64,000 bases of DNA from Eledone cirrhosa. Its lineage: Eukaryota. The notes under the pieces were generated by a model. The model saw nothing but the letters and a program-made list of their open reading frames with translations, had not been told where the DNA came from and searched no databases. The stretch lies in NCBI GenBank assembly GCA_964016885.1, contig OZ024742.1, positions 58,776,001 to 58,840,000 of the forward strand. Reading direction: 5' to 3'. Positions 1 to 16,359 of this stretch are shown here, in pieces (position 1 is the first letter of the stretch; every line of letters starts with the position of its first letter). A program made the translations under genes and the position numbers.

Positions 1-205
1 TGGCAGAATCGTTAGTGCATCGGATGAATTGCATTGCAGTGTTTCGTAACGACCATCTACGTTCTGGTTTCAAATCTAGCCTCAATCAAGTTTGCCTTAC
101 TACTACCACTGAGGTCGAAGTGCCAGTAACGCACTAGGGTCGATTTAATCGACTCCCCCGTCCCTCCATAATTGGTGGTTTTGAGCTTAAATCAGAAGCC
201 ATTAT
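1..205 (+). mobile_element. tRNA-derived SINE copy (abundant family), 5' end cut by window
   Basis: GGCAGAATCGTTAG A-box-like and GTTTCAAATC B-box-like motifs followed by TTTGCCTT...GGTCGA...CCAGT core and GGGTCGATTTAATCGAC tail shared with many copies in the window. Confidence 0.7.
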
Positions 206-2564
206 TATTATCATTGACTGCCGACCTGTTAGATGTGTATTTCATATTGTTCTTCGAGGCTGAATTGTAGCAGATTTAAACTGCAAAATAGATTAGTTTT
301 TTGAGAGTGGCATTTTCATACAGAGTATTTCAACAGTTGAAAGTTAGTCTATACAATATTATGACTCCACCCCGCCAAAAATCTTTGTTAGACAAATTTT
401 ACCTTTTTTAACCTGTTTATATATAAAATTGTTACGCGTAACCCCCCCCCCCCCCCGAAGGTGAACGCTTTTCTTTGCGTTTAAAATAAAAAAAAAAAAT
501 AGAAAGAAAACTAGCATTTTGCAGCTAAGTACATGCACTTTGGAAAAGGAAAATATTGACATTCCAGTGGAAAATAATACTGGATAATAATACTGAGTGG
601 TTATAGCAATGCGCTTGGGATAAATAACAACAGCTAGAAAAAAACAACAATATTCATAGGCACACACACATAAACTTTACCAAAACGAAAGTAACTATTT
701 TTTAATTGTAACAAATTTGAACGGAAAAATTAATGCATTTTGGATAAGAGACATTTTGGATAAGAGATGTTGGATAACAGACATTTACACGGAAGAAAAT
801 CCGCATGATAGCATTAAGTTACAAAAACAATTGCTTTTCTACCTGAAGCTGTCATACAAGAGAAAAGAAAGGCACCCTAACTGTGCATTGATAAGGCCAC
901 ATGGATTTTCATTGTGCCCGCGAAAGAGTTAAGGGTAGATTTCTCTCTGTGCAGTATTCGCTCCAGCTCTCTGTGTTCTGAATTCAATGCAAACGATGGT
1001 GAACTTCACTTTTCATCCATTAGGGACTGATAAAAAACCAGATCAGTGTTGAGCTTGATTCTTCTTTCTCTTTCCCTCTTTCTCATTCTCTCTCTGTATT
1101 CTACCTCTAATTCAATGGCCTGAATTATGTAACATTGATTCTGCTTGAGAACTGTGTTAAATGTACATGTCTGTGGAATACTTAGCCGATTACACGTTGA
1201 TCGAGAGTGACGAAGAATCCACCTATAAATGAAGGTTGATTTGTTTGAAATATATAACTATCTCTGACACTCCACTACCAAAATTGGCGTTGGACCTAAA
1301 GAATTAGAATTAACCATCGTCTGATTACAGAAAGATAGCCACAGGGCCGATGAGGCTCCCTGGTGAGATGAGCTCATCAGAGAACCTTTATGTGGCAACT
1401 AAATATCACTAAAAACACACACTAGACAACATAAAAATAAATAGACCTTCATCAGTTTTGATGGTGAATCTACTAATTGTTAGGTTAACGAAACAGCCTA
1501 CTTGTAAAATGAACGTGTAAGAGGCCAAATATTCTGCAGGCATGTGTATCGTTTATGTATTTCTTAGGAAGATTCAGCTTCACTCGGTATGTGAAAATCT
1601 ACGACCCGCCTTGTATTATTGTATAAGTGGCTGAATACTCTACAAACACGACAGACTTTGAAACAGCTTTCGTCTATCTAATTTGATTCCACTCACAAGT
1701 ATTAGGTGGCTCAACACTACGGTAAAAGACTTGTCCAATATGTCACGCCGTGGGACCTAATACGAAATATCCAGACTGAAGCAAATTTGTAACGATACAT
1801 GTGTCGATCGTTGGACGATGCAAGACGGGATAGTACGTATAGTGATAATTTTGACTTCACTGCTGCTTATATTGGGTGTTGTTGTAGTTGGTAGGGTTGT
1901 TGGTTGTTGTTGTTGGTGGTGGTTGTTATTAGTGATTTATTTTTATTGCTGAATACAGCTGCAAATTCTTGCAAAATCGTAATTACATCTCACTTCCGAG
2001 TCCCACATACCATTTAAAGTTATTTAATTAATGGACTTAAAGCTTCAAAACTTACATTTAATCTGTATCCAAAATTTTATAACCAACCTGTTTTGCAACA
2101 GAGAGAACAAATATCTTGAAAAATATATGATAAAGAGATTTGTATTTCCGCCTTAAAAGCCTTTTACTGTTTTTTAAATCTTTTCAAAGTCTCGCTTATT
2201 TGGTTATCTATAGTATTAACAGAATGACACAATCTCTGCTCTCCGACTTAAGAATACATAAAAAAAAAGTACAATTTTTTTTTATTAAGCTGCATTTAAA
2301 AGCAGATTAAGCTATCGTAGAAATTGATATATATATATATATGTATGTATGTGTGAAAGTACGCGTGAGCATGAGAAAGGAAAGAAAATGTTCAATGAAG
2401 AGATGTAATGTATTGAAACTTGGCAAATCGTCGCTTGGAGTCTCACGACGTCGATTTTCGGGCGATTATTTAAAACAAAACATGACAATTAGAAAAATAA
2501 AGAGTGACTAAAAAATACAAACTTTCTTATTAGGGTGGATTTAAAGCCCGATTAAGCTATCATA

Positions 2565-2635
<71 letters not shown>

Positions 2636-2690
2636 CAATACTGGAATTGAACCATCAAGACAGTTGAGGTATGTCATACATCAATTCATG

Positions 2691-2752
2691 TATTTTATCT
2701 GACGAGGACGTACTGAAAAAACAGCACAGTACCTTCGAAATATATATAAAAC
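2691..2752 (+). ncRNA. Minimal type I hammerhead-like motif in TA-flanked element 2633-2897
   Basis: CTGACGA 2699-2705; stem II GGACGTACTG/CAGTACCTTC; GAAA 2737-2740; TATA-TA; stem I TTTTA/TAAAA needs one extra U. Confidence 0.5.
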
Positions 2753-2963
2753 ATATATTTTGATTATGTCAATGTCTTCATTTATTAATATTTTGAATAA
2801 TATTAATAACTCCAGAAAACCTTTTTGTAGAGTGCTTTTAATCTATTGTAAAAGTATATTCATTGAGTAATCAATGAGCCATATTAATCTTTGGTTATAT
2901 ATATATATATGTAGGCATGTATATAAGTGTGTATATGTGTGTATATACATATAAATGTGTGTA

Positions 2964-3082
<119 letters not shown>

Positions 3083-3087
3083 TATAT

Positions 3088-3805
3088 CCAAAATCCACGG
3101 CCTTCTCCCTCCTGGTTAACTTCCATTGCTTCCTTTCTCTGGCCATATTGGGCCATGCGGGGCTGAGTTATCGGGTCAGATCATCGCACCATCTAGTCGT
3201 TGGCCTCCTAGTTCTTCTCCACTGCTTTGGTGTTCACTCTGTCACTCTAATAGTGAACCTGTTGTCTCTGAAACGAGACGTGGTAGCTCATCTATGTCTG
3301 CCCTTCTTGATGGTCTTAATTATGTCGTTCACTCCAGTCAATGTCGAATTAAGGTGTTACTTTTCCTGTCATGTAAGGTGTTGACGAGCATGATTCGCTC
3401 CAATTTACGTTGGCCACTGCAAGAGTCATTGCAGTGGCGGTGTTGAGTGCCCATGTCTCACTTCCATATGTCATCGCTGGCAGAACATATTCATTAAACA
3501 GCTTTCTTTTGGTTTCAATTCTTGATTTGAAAAACTTCTAATGATGTTTAATCGTTTCCAGAAGTTGCCCAGCCAAATACAATCCTTCTTTTAATCCCGG
3601 AAAGTAGGGCACCATCTATTGCAACCTTCTTTCGGAGGTACACACAACTGTCTACTTCTTCGACGGTCTTTCCATCTACAATAACTGGTGATGGCTTAGC
3701 GTGGCTGTTAAACATGACCTTGGTTTTCCCAAGATGGATCCTACTGGCTGGCTCACAGTGTGGAAAGCATTGCACATTTCCAATTCTTGTGGTTTATGTG
3801 CTATT
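3088..3805 (-). pseudogene. RTE-clade LINE 3' fragment (post-RT region), decayed
   Basis: Translations HLGKTKVMFN..VEEVDSCVYL..IKRRIVFGW and [35 protein letters not shown]; frameshifts and stops. Confidence 0.85.
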
Positions 3806-3822
3806 AGGATATATATATAAAT

Positions 3823-3951
3823 AGGAAAGAGTATGACGGCTTGAGCTCTGCCGTCGAGGTCATACTCTTTCCTATTTCCCACTCTACTACCCTAAGTATT
3901 GAGTACTCTGGTGCGTTATGGTCCATTTGGTTCCTTACCACAATTCCTTTG

Positions 3952-4023
<72 letters not shown>

Positions 4024-4153
4024 CGAAGGAAGAGTGGTAAAGAACCAGGTGGACCATAACGCACCAGAGTACTCGATACTTAGGGTAGTAGAGTGGGAAA
4101 TAGGAAAAGTGTCAGGAGCCCGACGGCCGGAGCTCAGCCGTCGGGGTCCTGAC
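3823..4153. mobile_element. Two hairpin-headed Penelope-like mini elements (family A), tail-to-tail across a (TA)n tract
   Basis: 3823-3955 (+) and 4021-4153 (-) are reverse complements over ~80 nt (CCACTCTACTACCCTAAGTATTGAGTACTCTGGTGCGTTATGGTCCA...). Each starts with a hairpin centred on GACGGC..GAGCTC..GCCGTC. Confidence 0.75.
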
Positions 4154-4432
4154 TATATATATATTAATGTATTTATGTGTGAAAGAGATATGATTCATTG
4201 AAACTTGGCCAATCGTCACTTGGAATTTCACATCGTCAATCTTCAGACAATTATTAAAAACAGAACATGACAATTAGTAAATAAAGGGTAACTAGTAAAG
4301 CTGAATGGCAGAGTAAACATTGGTTTGATAACATAGAACAACGAGGATATATTATTAGCTGTTAATGTAACAGTAACAAGCGTTTTAAAGCCATTTTCCT
4401 CCTAAAATAAGGATTAGCCTTGCTGGTGGAGA

Positions 4433-4488
<56 letters not shown>

Positions 4489-4802
4489 CAGAGAGATAAG
4501 GAGAGAGATTGCTATTGAAATATTGGCAGTTTATTGTAGGCATTGTAAAATATCATCTAATATACAGCAACATACACCTGAGGTAAGTTCCGTTTCTTAC
4601 TCGGAAAGTATAAACAACATATAGCACTAAATTCTAAACTAGCTAATATGACACCGCTGACCAATCTGAGCCGAAGAAAGCAGGTTTCATTGCCCGACAC
4701 ACTGCAGATCACAAGCTAGTTTTACGTCGAACCTATAGCGGTGGAGATTTCTGGAAGTCTGGGTCCACGAACTACCTCCCTACTCGCTGCTATCGTCTGA
4801 AA

Positions 4803-4858
<56 letters not shown>

Positions 4859-4950
4859 GGAAGTCACACACACATAGACAAACAAGAGGACAGACACGCG
4901 CACACACAGACATACAAACAGGAAGACACACACACATAGACAAACAAGAA

Positions 4951-5008
<58 letters not shown>

Positions 5009-5085
5009 CAGGGTGTTCCCCCAAAATGTATACACACTTCAACATAAATATAATCAAAGTGTGTATACAGTTTTGGGGGACACAG
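5009..5085. mobile_element. Tiny Tc1/mariner-type MITE
   Basis: TA-CAGGGTGTTCCCCCAAAATGTATACACACTT ... AAGTGTGTATACAGTTTTGGGGGACACAG-TA imperfect TIRs, TA flanks. Confidence 0.55.
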
Positions 5086-5292
5086 TATATATTTCAGATG
5101 AGTACCGATACTGGTCCCATGTACATCAGTGTCACGAAGATTACCTATTGTTCAGCTGTAATGACCAGCTGTAATTGTTATTACTGTAATACAAGTATTA
5201 CAATAAGCTATACAATATGTGAAGTAGATTCGTCTTCTCTGTCACAATATATTCCGGAAACTAGCATGGTTTCACCCTCTCTCTATCTGCTT

Positions 5293-5454
<162 letters not shown>

Positions 5455-5624
5455 GTGTGTGTGTGTATATATATATGTGTGTGTGTATATATATATACAC
5501 ATACACATACATATATATATATATATTTATATATATATATATATATATATATACAACAAATTCCATTACACTCTGGAACACTCATATAGATACACACACG
5601 CATACACACACATATATATATGTA

Positions 5625-5687
<63 letters not shown>

Positions 5688-6002
5688 CCCTTTATTTGTG
5701 TGTATGTATGTGTGAGTGTTGAATAAATCCCTAGTCAGCAGCGAGGGATGCCATGTTTTCCCATCTGTCAGAGAGGTCTGTAACAACTGGTGCCAGTTTT
5801 AAAGATATAAACATTGGGCTAAAATCAAAGACCTAATTTTGCTTTCTACTTTTTATATTACTTACGCCCACACCCTTCCCTGCAGTCCTCCACTATAGCA
5901 TTGCCAGTTTATTTGATTACACAAACGCACTTACATACATACATATACAGATAAATGCATACGTACACACACAGTCACCCCCACACACACCTACACCTAC
6001 GC

Positions 6003-6033
<31 letters not shown>

Positions 6034-6067
6034 TGTATGTATGTATGTATGTATGTATGTATGTATG

Positions 6068-6104
<37 letters not shown>

Positions 6105-6217
6105 ATATATATATATTTATATATATACATATATATATATGTATAATATATATATATATATTTATATATATACATATATATATATGTATAATATATATAT
6201 ATACATATATATATATG

Positions 6218-6295
<78 letters not shown>

Positions 6296-6335
6296 TATAT
6301 AACGGCATGCGTGTGAGATATATATATATATATAT

Positions 6336-6670
<335 letters not shown>

Positions 6671-6711
6671 GGAAAACGAAGAATCAGTGATGCATCGGAA
6701 CACAATTTAAT

Positions 6712-6755
6712 ATGTATTACAATTGTTTCTCCGGCGAACAGATCCTCAGATGCAT
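6712..6755 (-). ncRNA. Minimal type I hammerhead ribozyme (element 6667-6870)
   Basis: Minus: ATGCAT CTGAGGA TCTG-TTCGC-CGGA GAAA CAATTG TA ATACAT; palindromic stem III; one stem I mismatch. Confidence 0.75.
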
Positions 6756-7594
6756 CTAGTTATTTCGAAGCAAATCCACTTTCCATATTATCATACTCTG
6801 CTCCGAAGGACCATAGAGTGCTCAACCGGCATACCGCCTATGGACGCATCCAAGCAACCTTACTACAAATATATCTATATATCTATATATCTCTTTCTCT
6901 CTCTATATATATACGCACACACACACACACACAGATATATATATATACATATATAAACACACATACACAAAAGTATACATGAACGCAACAAATACGAGTA
7001 TAAAACACAAACTTTAAGAAAAAGTAATCAGTGATGCCCATACACGCATACACACACATATATATATATATACATACATCTATTCATGCATGTACACAAA
7101 CACACACATATATATGCATGTATTCCCCATATGTTCATCATGCTTTCAATTTATATACGATTACCTTCACACAATAAAACAAATGTAAGAAAAAAAGGGT
7201 CGAATCGAGAGAAAATCTCGTTAAATCCTGAATGAACAAACATGGCACCCAAATAAAGAACAGAATAAATAAATAAATTCTCGCTAAGTAGCCATTGTGA
7301 CAGCTTTCAATGATTTTACTACTATGACACAATGGTCCTCTCTCATTTCAGCTCCTTATACCAGAACGAATCAACACACACAGCATCATGGACACACATA
7401 TGTCAATATATAGATATATTTATATATTTTACTCGATTTTCTAAGTTTTTATTTAAGGCAAACGACTGTTTACAGTTATGTTCTGCATCTGAGATTCCTA
7501 CATTTTCTATGAATCTCCGCCCCCCCCTCTCTATCTCTCTCTCTATATATATATATGTATATGTATAATTATATCTGTATCTCTCTCTCTCTCC

Positions 7595-7694
<100 letters not shown>

Positions 7695-7718
7695 GTATAT
7701 ATATATATATATATATTA

Positions 7719-8705
7719 ATTTATTAAAATAACAGATTAAAGTTTAAGCAAAGAATCGCTGCTTTCACCCTTAACGGGATCTTCTGAAACTAACAAAGTC
7801 AATCTGTAAACGCAGAACTGGATATTTCAAAAAACGTTGCAACCGGAGGAAGACAGGAAGACGATACTTTGGTTCGTGGAAACGTTCGCTGGCAAAGAAC
7901 GGGAAAAAACGAATAATACGTCATTAATAGGAGCGGTGAAAAACAATTACGCGCAAAGACAAAACCACGTTTATGGTATAAAAGAGGTCGTAGACTAATG
8001 TTCTCTTAGGTGGTGCATAGAGACGTTCTCTGGCAATGAACGAAAAAACGAAGATAATAAGTCATATGTGGAGCGTGGAGAACAATAGCACGCAAGGACA
8101 AAACCACGTAAATGGTATAGCAGAAATCGTAGACTAAAATTCTAACTAGGAGACCAAATGAATCTCCGCTACAGAGTTAAGAACAAAGTAAATAAGTAAA
8201 TAAATACAATACAGAAGTAATAGAAACAAATAAATACATACACGCAAACAGATACGTACATACACAAGCATACGCAAAACCTTACCATGGGTATACAAAA
8301 CCACGCACATATAAATATGTGTGTGTGTGTGTATGCTTGTGTACAAATAAATAAATAATTATATAAACGTATGTAAGTAAATAAATACGTATATAACAAG
8401 CGCACACGCACACCTACATATAAATACACGAATGTTCGGAGACGTAAGTCAACTAAAACGAGAAGTACACATATACACACACCCACCATACGTACGAACC
8501 TGCACACACGGTTGCAACGTTTTTTGAAATATCCAGTTCTGCGTTTACAGATTGACTTTGTTAGTTTCAGAAGATCACGTTAAGGGTGAAAGCAGCGATT
8601 CTTTGCTAAACTTTAATCTGTTATTTTAATAAATATTTGCTCTACGGTTCTTATATATTTGATATTTATTTTCCTTATCGAGCCCTCTTTGGATTTTAGT
8701 CTTCA
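7719..8705. mobile_element. Fold-back element in (TA)n with ~126 bp inverted arms and variant HHR core
   Basis: Arms 7719-7845 and 8509-8634; internal ~140 bp tandem duplication 7880-8140; HHR-like AGTTT CAGAAGA..GAAA GCA..TGC TW AAACT at 7741-7791(-) and 8563-8612(+). Confidence 0.7.
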
Positions 8706-8825
8706 ATTTTATTATTATTACTATATATATATTATATATATATATATTATATATATATATATATATTATATATATATATATGTATATATATATATGTATA
8801 TATATATGTATATATATATATATAT

Positions 8826-9516
<691 letters not shown>

Positions 9517-9792
9517 GAAATTATTGTGTACAGTGCTCAGGTGCACTACAACTCATCAAAGGTGCATGTATAGTACATAGAATAATGTACAAATGTCAGG
9601 AAAATAAACAGTGTATGAGTCATGATATAATAACAATAACAATAATGAAATATTGTGCACAGTGCCCAGGTGCACCACAACCCATCAAAAAAGTGTATAT
9701 ATATACGCTGTCGCTTGCCTGCTTTTAATTCTCAGTGGATTATTTTTTCCCCTCGGTATTTTAGCAGTGGTATTTTAGTTAATGTGTTGAGA

Positions 9793-9864
9793 ACTACTGA
9801 AGATTCCAACCGTGACTAACCCAACTGAAAAGTTTCGTGAAATGGTCTTGTAAGACTATATAGT
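9793..9864 (+). ncRNA. Degenerate hammerhead (stem II partly deleted), paralog of 17988-18068, in element ~9706-10110
   Basis: ACTA CTGAAGA..GAAA TGGTCTT-GT-AAGACTA TA TAGT; shares TCCAACCGTGAC..ACTGAAA with the 18 kb copy. Confidence 0.55.
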
Positions 9865-10183
9865 GCATTTGTAGTTTTCCCAAAATTGACGGTTAAGTAT
9901 TTCTTCTTGATTTTATTTTAAGTTAAGATTGTATTGCTTTTTCCCCAACTTACAAAAAGTTTGATGACAAAGTTTTTCTTGATTTGTTTTGAATTAAGAT
10001 TGTATTACTTTTTCCCTCATCTTACATTAAAAAATTTTTCATCTTGATGGTATAGTCACTTATATGTCTGAATTATTGTTGGCTTTTTGCTTACATTAAT
10101 TTTATTTTCATATATATATATATATATTGAGCTCAACTCAACTTACTATAACGTTATATATAGTGAACTATTACACCATAACG

Positions 10184-10234
<51 letters not shown>

Positions 10235-10544
10235 CCGAATATCAAGAAACCTAGACGAAGTAGCATCCATGCTCTAACAGGAAGAACACTAGCTTTTCTT
10301 TTACTGAGAAGAAAGGACAGTGCTCATGTCCCCCATCTCTAGTGGGAGGGAGAAGGGCATTTTCAAATCGGAGACCTGGCTAGAACGCTTGCAACAGAGT
10401 AGACTCCGCTAAAGGCACCTGGAGGCCGGGTGGCTGTGTTAAATCGGGTGACAGATTAAGGTTATCACGTAAGGAGGACACAGCAGATTTAAAATTAGAT
10501 CACAAAGTAGCGGAAACAAAAGAAAGTAAGAAAGAGTTGTAGAG

Positions 10545-10710
10545 GAAAAATCAACTCCTGCACTGAACTGATACTTTTTTTTATCGACCTCAAAAAGACG
10601 AAAGGTAAAGTTGACCTCGGCAGGATTTAAAATTAGAGAACAGAAAGCCGGAACGAATACTGCAAAGCTTTTAATCCGACGATCTAACGACTCTACCAAT
10701 CCGCTGCCTC
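10545..10710 (-). mobile_element. tRNA-derived SINE copy
   Basis: Reverse complement of family core (TTTATCGACC..GAAAGGTAAAGTTGACCTCGGCAGGATTT..CTAACGACTCTACCAATCCGC). Confidence 0.75.
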
Positions 10711-11219
10711 CTCGAATGTCAACACTCTGAAATGACTTCTTCTAGCCATGATCTTTTCTTACACATATCAGCTTACAACAGCTGTTCATGCTGAGCATGA
10801 AATTCATCGATGTTAAAACCATGGCCACATCTTCCTCTAGAATAAGCCAATACAAAAAATAAAAATCTTATAAAAACGATATCTAGTTTCGATCCCTGAT
10901 TGTAGAATCTACAATTTACGTGGTTAAAAGCAGGAATTTTACAACTTTGCAGGAAACATTATTCCTTACTAGACCACCTGTGACCCGTTGGGTCACGTTC
11001 ACTTAAGAATATTAAAAAAAATCATATTCACTTAAAAATAATTTTTAAATAATTAAAATATACACAGACATGTATATAATGTGAAATGAAACTGGAAGGC
11101 CCATATATATACGTATGTGTATGTATATATATAAATGTGTGTGTTTTTATACATATATATATGTATGTGTGTGTGTATATATATATGTGGGGGTCTGTGA
11201 TCTACATACGCTGGTCATA

Positions 11220-11271
<52 letters not shown>

Positions 11272-12954
11272 CACACAACAACACCACCAGCTCTCTCTCT
11301 TCCATGCTCCTTTGTCTCCGCTCCCTCTTTCTATGTCTCTCTTTCAATCTACTCTCTCACAACCACTATCTCTTTCTCCATATCCTTCTCTCTCTCTGTT
11401 TATGAAGGTCCCCATATCTCGGGGACCCGTGCTTCGATTTACGCGAAACTTGTTTTATTCCATTTGTATTCCCATTTCAGGCGCACTTTCCTTTCAAAGT
11501 ATTTTCCCATTAATCGCCCTTTTGGCTATATTACATTACAGACAAGCAAGCAAACAATCATAGACTTTTAGTAATATATAGATGTCTGGCGCTATGCTGT
11601 CTGCTAACTCAATGATCTTGTATTGGATAAAATATTGATTGGTGACGTCATGTGTCTGAATCAGACATAGGTGACGCCATACTTCAGCCATTTCGGATAT
11701 ATTCATCGTGTGCACACACATGCACACACACGCGCGTACATCGGTATGAATTTTATTTATAAATACATAAATTCACTCACACACATACCTGCATAAACAG
11801 ACACACGCACAGACGCACATACACACTCCCCACTTGAGTATCAAGTGGAGCATAAAATCACTTACGCTTATGAGAGAAGCGAGTTCTTCCTAAATGAAGG
11901 TGACCTTTTTAACTTTAACCGCCCATATAGGGTTTCCTTACCATGTTCCACATACACTCTATACAGTCCTTCTCTTCTAAATCTAGACAAAAATATTTTT
12001 CCTGCCAAGATATATTTTAATCAACTGACAACTTCTAGTACTTGGAATTAAATTATAGGACTCAATAGCCCCTTAAAAATCATTCAACAGAACCTATTAA
12101 AGCCTATAGGCACATCCCAATTTTTGTTTTGTTTTTTTACGGTTCTTTTATTTTAACCCCGTCTAGACAGACTGCTAACACTCTGTAGGAAACATTGACA
12201 GAAAGAGTGGCCCCTAATTTCCTTAGGCCACGGATGAGCTGAGATGTCGCAGCATTAGACAAAGTGTCTTGCAGTGTTTGTTTCAGCTTTTTGCGCTCTG
12301 AGTTCAACTTCCACTGAGGTCATTTTGTCCTTTTATTCTTACGAGGTCAGTAAAAGTGCTAGTCCAGGGTGGTGGATTGGTGGAATCGTTAGAACTTCGG
12401 GATGAGATGCCTAGCACCATTTCTTCCAGAACTGTGTTCAAATACCACTATGGCTTACTTGGATTGGAAGAATCGCATAAGCGATCAATTTGCAAAGACA
12501 TTTGACCATTAGATATTTCTTTCGGGGACCCTTCGTTGGGAGTTCAAATCCCACCGCTGTCAATTTCGCCTTTCATCCTTTCTGAATGCAGCTCTCTTTC
12601 CTCCCATTGTCAAATCCTAGATGTTCTGAAGAATAAAGGAACGGAGGGAGAGTGGGACATGCTGTCTGTGTTTGCTCGCGACTGCATGGGTACCTAAAAT
12701 CCTTAGCGAAAGCATAACACAACTACCAAGTTATACACGATTGCGAGTGACGGCTGTAGTTCATTTTTCATTTTAACATCAATTCTTGGCTCTTAGGTGT
12801 ATTTAGTAGAGTTGCAACTGTTGGAGCCATGTTTCTGGTTTGAGAATACTTCCCACCCTCTTACCTTCTTCCTTTCACCCTCCAACCACCTTCCTACCAC
12901 CTTTCATTTCATCATCTTACCACATCCCCCCATTCTTCCACTGTTCAAACTCCT

Positions 12955-13070
12955 ACCACCCTCCTACCACTATCCACCCTCCTACCACCTTCCAACCTCC
13001 TACCACCTTCCAACCTCCTACCGCCTTCCAACCTCCTACCGCCTTCCAACCTCCTACCACCTTCCAATCT
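12955..13070. repeat. 18-nt minisatellite
   Basis: ~6 copies of CCTCCTACC(A/G)CCTTCCAA. Confidence 0.9.
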
Positions 13071-13705
13071 CCTAACAACCCCCCTACAATTTTTCGAGTT
13101 CCTGAAAGAGGTAACCAGAAACTCTTCTTCCCTCATTGACTAAACAGTAAAAACAATTCCCGCTCAACCCACTGTTAAATTATACTTTAATCAGGACAGG
13201 AATCTCTTCGTTCCAAGTTGGCTATGAAGGAGATGGGCTCTGCCAGATTTTAAAATGTCCAAGAGACGCAGTACTTCACTGCGGTACCCTTACTACTCCA
13301 CCAAGAGTTACGGATTTAAATCCAGCAAAGTTTTCAGGGAAACGTTCTTGGACATATCACATTATTAGTAATGTCAAAAAGAAAGCTACACACACACACG
13401 CACGCACACAGACACGCCCCCCGCCCCCCACGCACACATATAAGTGTTTAGATGAGGTGATAATACAACCATATAAAGGCAAAGAATATTTCAAAGCCCA
13501 AATGAGGATAATATAGCTGGAAGAAATATTCTTGTTATGTTAATCGAAACGTTCGTCAATCAATAAAATGATTTAATTTAATTTAATCTTCGTTATTTTT
13601 TTATTGATATATATATATATATACACACATATATATAAGTGTGTCAGTAGAATCGTTTTTTACTGAGGAAGGTACGAAAATCAGCACTCTATGCTATGAC
13701 AGTGC

Positions 13706-13872
13706 ATATATTAAAAACAAAATGAGGTTTCACATTAGGTCTTACTTGATTCGGGCTGGAGTCGGGTCTATAGCATTTACATGGATTTTGAACCACCCAT
13801 CTGTGAAACAGTCGTAACTGTGTGTAATCAATCAAGACCTTAATGTGAAATCTCGTTTTGTTTTTAGTATAT
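13706..13872. mobile_element. Short fold-back element adjacent to (TA)n
   Basis: Inverted arms TAAAAACAAAATGAGGTTTCACATTAGGTCTT / AAGACCTTAATGTGAAATCTCGTTTTGTTTTTA. Confidence 0.6.
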
Positions 13873-13970
13873 ATATATATATGAAATTCCAAGAAAACTA
13901 GAAACTAGTTATACAATCACACCTTTTTTACTCATGAAGTAGAAAAACGGTTACCTGTTACCTAAAGATG

Positions 13971-14114
<144 letters not shown>

Positions 14115-15704
14115 ATATAAAACGCCGTGTAGTGAACTATAAGCGAATTAATTAAAACACGTTTTCAGCGCATTCTCTGTTATGCAAATTAGGATCACCA
14201 ATTTAGTTGATGCCTTATATGCACTATGAATAGCTGTTATCGGCGACCCTAGTAATATTTCTCTGATGACGGTCTAAAGTTATTTGAAACTAATCAAATC
14301 AACCCGACTGTGCCCCCCCCCCCCCCGAAATATGAAACATGTGATGTATCCAGTTTTCTTTTTACTTTTCACAGCAAGTCTAAAATGTATGTTTAAAAAA
14401 AAAAAAGGTATACCATATATTTCACTTGTGAGGTGTACTATAAAGCTGTGCATTATGAAGGGTAGAATTAATTAATACACACACATATTCACACAAGGCA
14501 ATATATGTAAATCTATGTGCGTGTTTGTATATGTGAATGTGTATATGTGATAAATAAATATTTATCCAATATTTAATTAGTCGCTAGCACGATGATATTC
14601 AATTCCCAACATCGAAAACTTTCACATCAAACATATTTCTCAAGTATATTCTATTCTATGAATAGCAACCACTAAAATTTATCCTGAAAAGTAGGACGAA
14701 TTTTAAAGATGTTGATATCAAAATATGACAATTCCAAAAATGTACACCAAATATGCTGATGAAATAGTCTTCCAAAGTACATTATTTCCTTTTCAATATT
14801 TTTGTTTTCATAGTGATTATATTTTTGCGTTTTAAGGGGCGGATTGAAAGAATCGCATGAGCGGTCAATTTGTTCTCGCACCGTGTATACTGAGTTCAAA
14901 TCCACTATGGTTTACTTGGATTGGAAGAAATGCATGAGCGATCAATTTGGCAAAGTCATTAGAGCATTAGATATCTCTTCCGGGGGCTCCTCGTTGGGAG
15001 TTCAAATCTCACCGATGTCCATTTCGCCTTTCATCCTTTTCTGGATGCAGGTCTCTCTCCTCCCATCTGTTAAATCCTAGATTTAACACATGTTCCATTG
15101 GATTAAGAAAGTCGAGATACTGTCTGCTCGCGATTGCATGGACACCTAAAACCTTTGGAGAAAGCATGGCCCCCTACTACCAAGTTATACTGGATTGCGA
15201 GTGATGGTTGTAATTATTTTCGTAACAGGAATTCCAGATCTTTTAGTAAAAACCCTACTGTGGTTACTGCTGTTTTTAGGGGTTGGTAAAATAAAGCACC
15301 AGTGAACAATGTACGGGATTTTTACAGTAGTACCACTACCGAAGCTTCTTCATTTTCTTCTATCCCATTTTCCATCTCCTTCTGTTGAGGAAGAACTACA
15401 GTCCCAAATCCTCGATTATCTTCTTCTTAATTACTTTTTACTCATTTTCGTTTTACTGTTATATCATTCGATCCTGAACTGTTTTTTTATTATTATGTTT
15501 TATTACTGTATTACCAAGAAAAATTCTGTATGCCTAGGGTATGAGCAGAGTTGTTTTTTGGTGTTATTATTTTTTATCGTATTGAGAGTAGGTTTCTTAT
15601 ATGCATCTGGGATTCTCCTCTCTTCAGAGAGGTGCATCCTCGCGAGGGTGGAGCAAATACTTTGCTAATCTCCTAAACCCACTCACAGCAGCATCTTCTG
15701 ATGA

Positions 15705-16152
15705 ATTATCAGTATCGGTAGAGCATCGGACAACATGTTTTGCAGCATAGAGTTTATGGCCTTTTACTTCCTGAGTTCAAATCCCGCAGAGGTTAGCTTT
15801 GCGTTTCATCCTTAGGGGTTCGATAAAATAAAGTACCAGTAATGTACTGGAGTCGATCTAATTGTTGTCCCTCTAATTGTTGTCTCCCAAATTGTTGGCC
15901 TTGTGCCTAAATCAGAAACCATTACAGAGAGTCACGTATAGGCAGCATCATTAGGGCGTTTGACAAAATGCTTTACGGCATCTATCAATAGTTACGGCTC
16001 TCTTCTGAATTCAAATCCCGACGAGGTCAATTTTGCTTTCATATTTGTAGAGTCGATAAAATAAAGTACCAGTTAACTACTGGGATCGATATAATCAACT
16101 TTCTCTACCCCTCCTACTAATTGCTGACATTGTGCCAAAAGTAGAAGCAATT
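15705..16152 (+). mobile_element. Two tandem tRNA-derived SINE copies
   Basis: GAGTTCAAATCCCG B-box; TTTGC.TTTCAT..GGG.TCGATAAAATAAAGTACCAGT core; TTGTGCC.AAA..AGAA tail; present twice. Confidence 0.8.
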
Positions 16153-16286
16153 ATTATAATTCTTTTCCTGAAAAACTTTTGTTTCAAAGCAAATTTTCTA
16201 GAATATGATCGTTGTTACTTTTGGTTGAATTTACAAAATCAGCTTTGACTATAATGGAAGCTGTTCCAGTCATGGCTACCGTGTTT

Positions 16287-16359
<73 letters not shown>

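Noticed and set aside
1750-1960. Thr-rich minus-strand exon
   Set aside because: Low-complexity (CAA)n-derived frame with no recognisable domain or clear splice sites
5095-5150. CAGATGA...GAAG hammerhead-like string
   Set aside because: Two core deviations and no stem I or III
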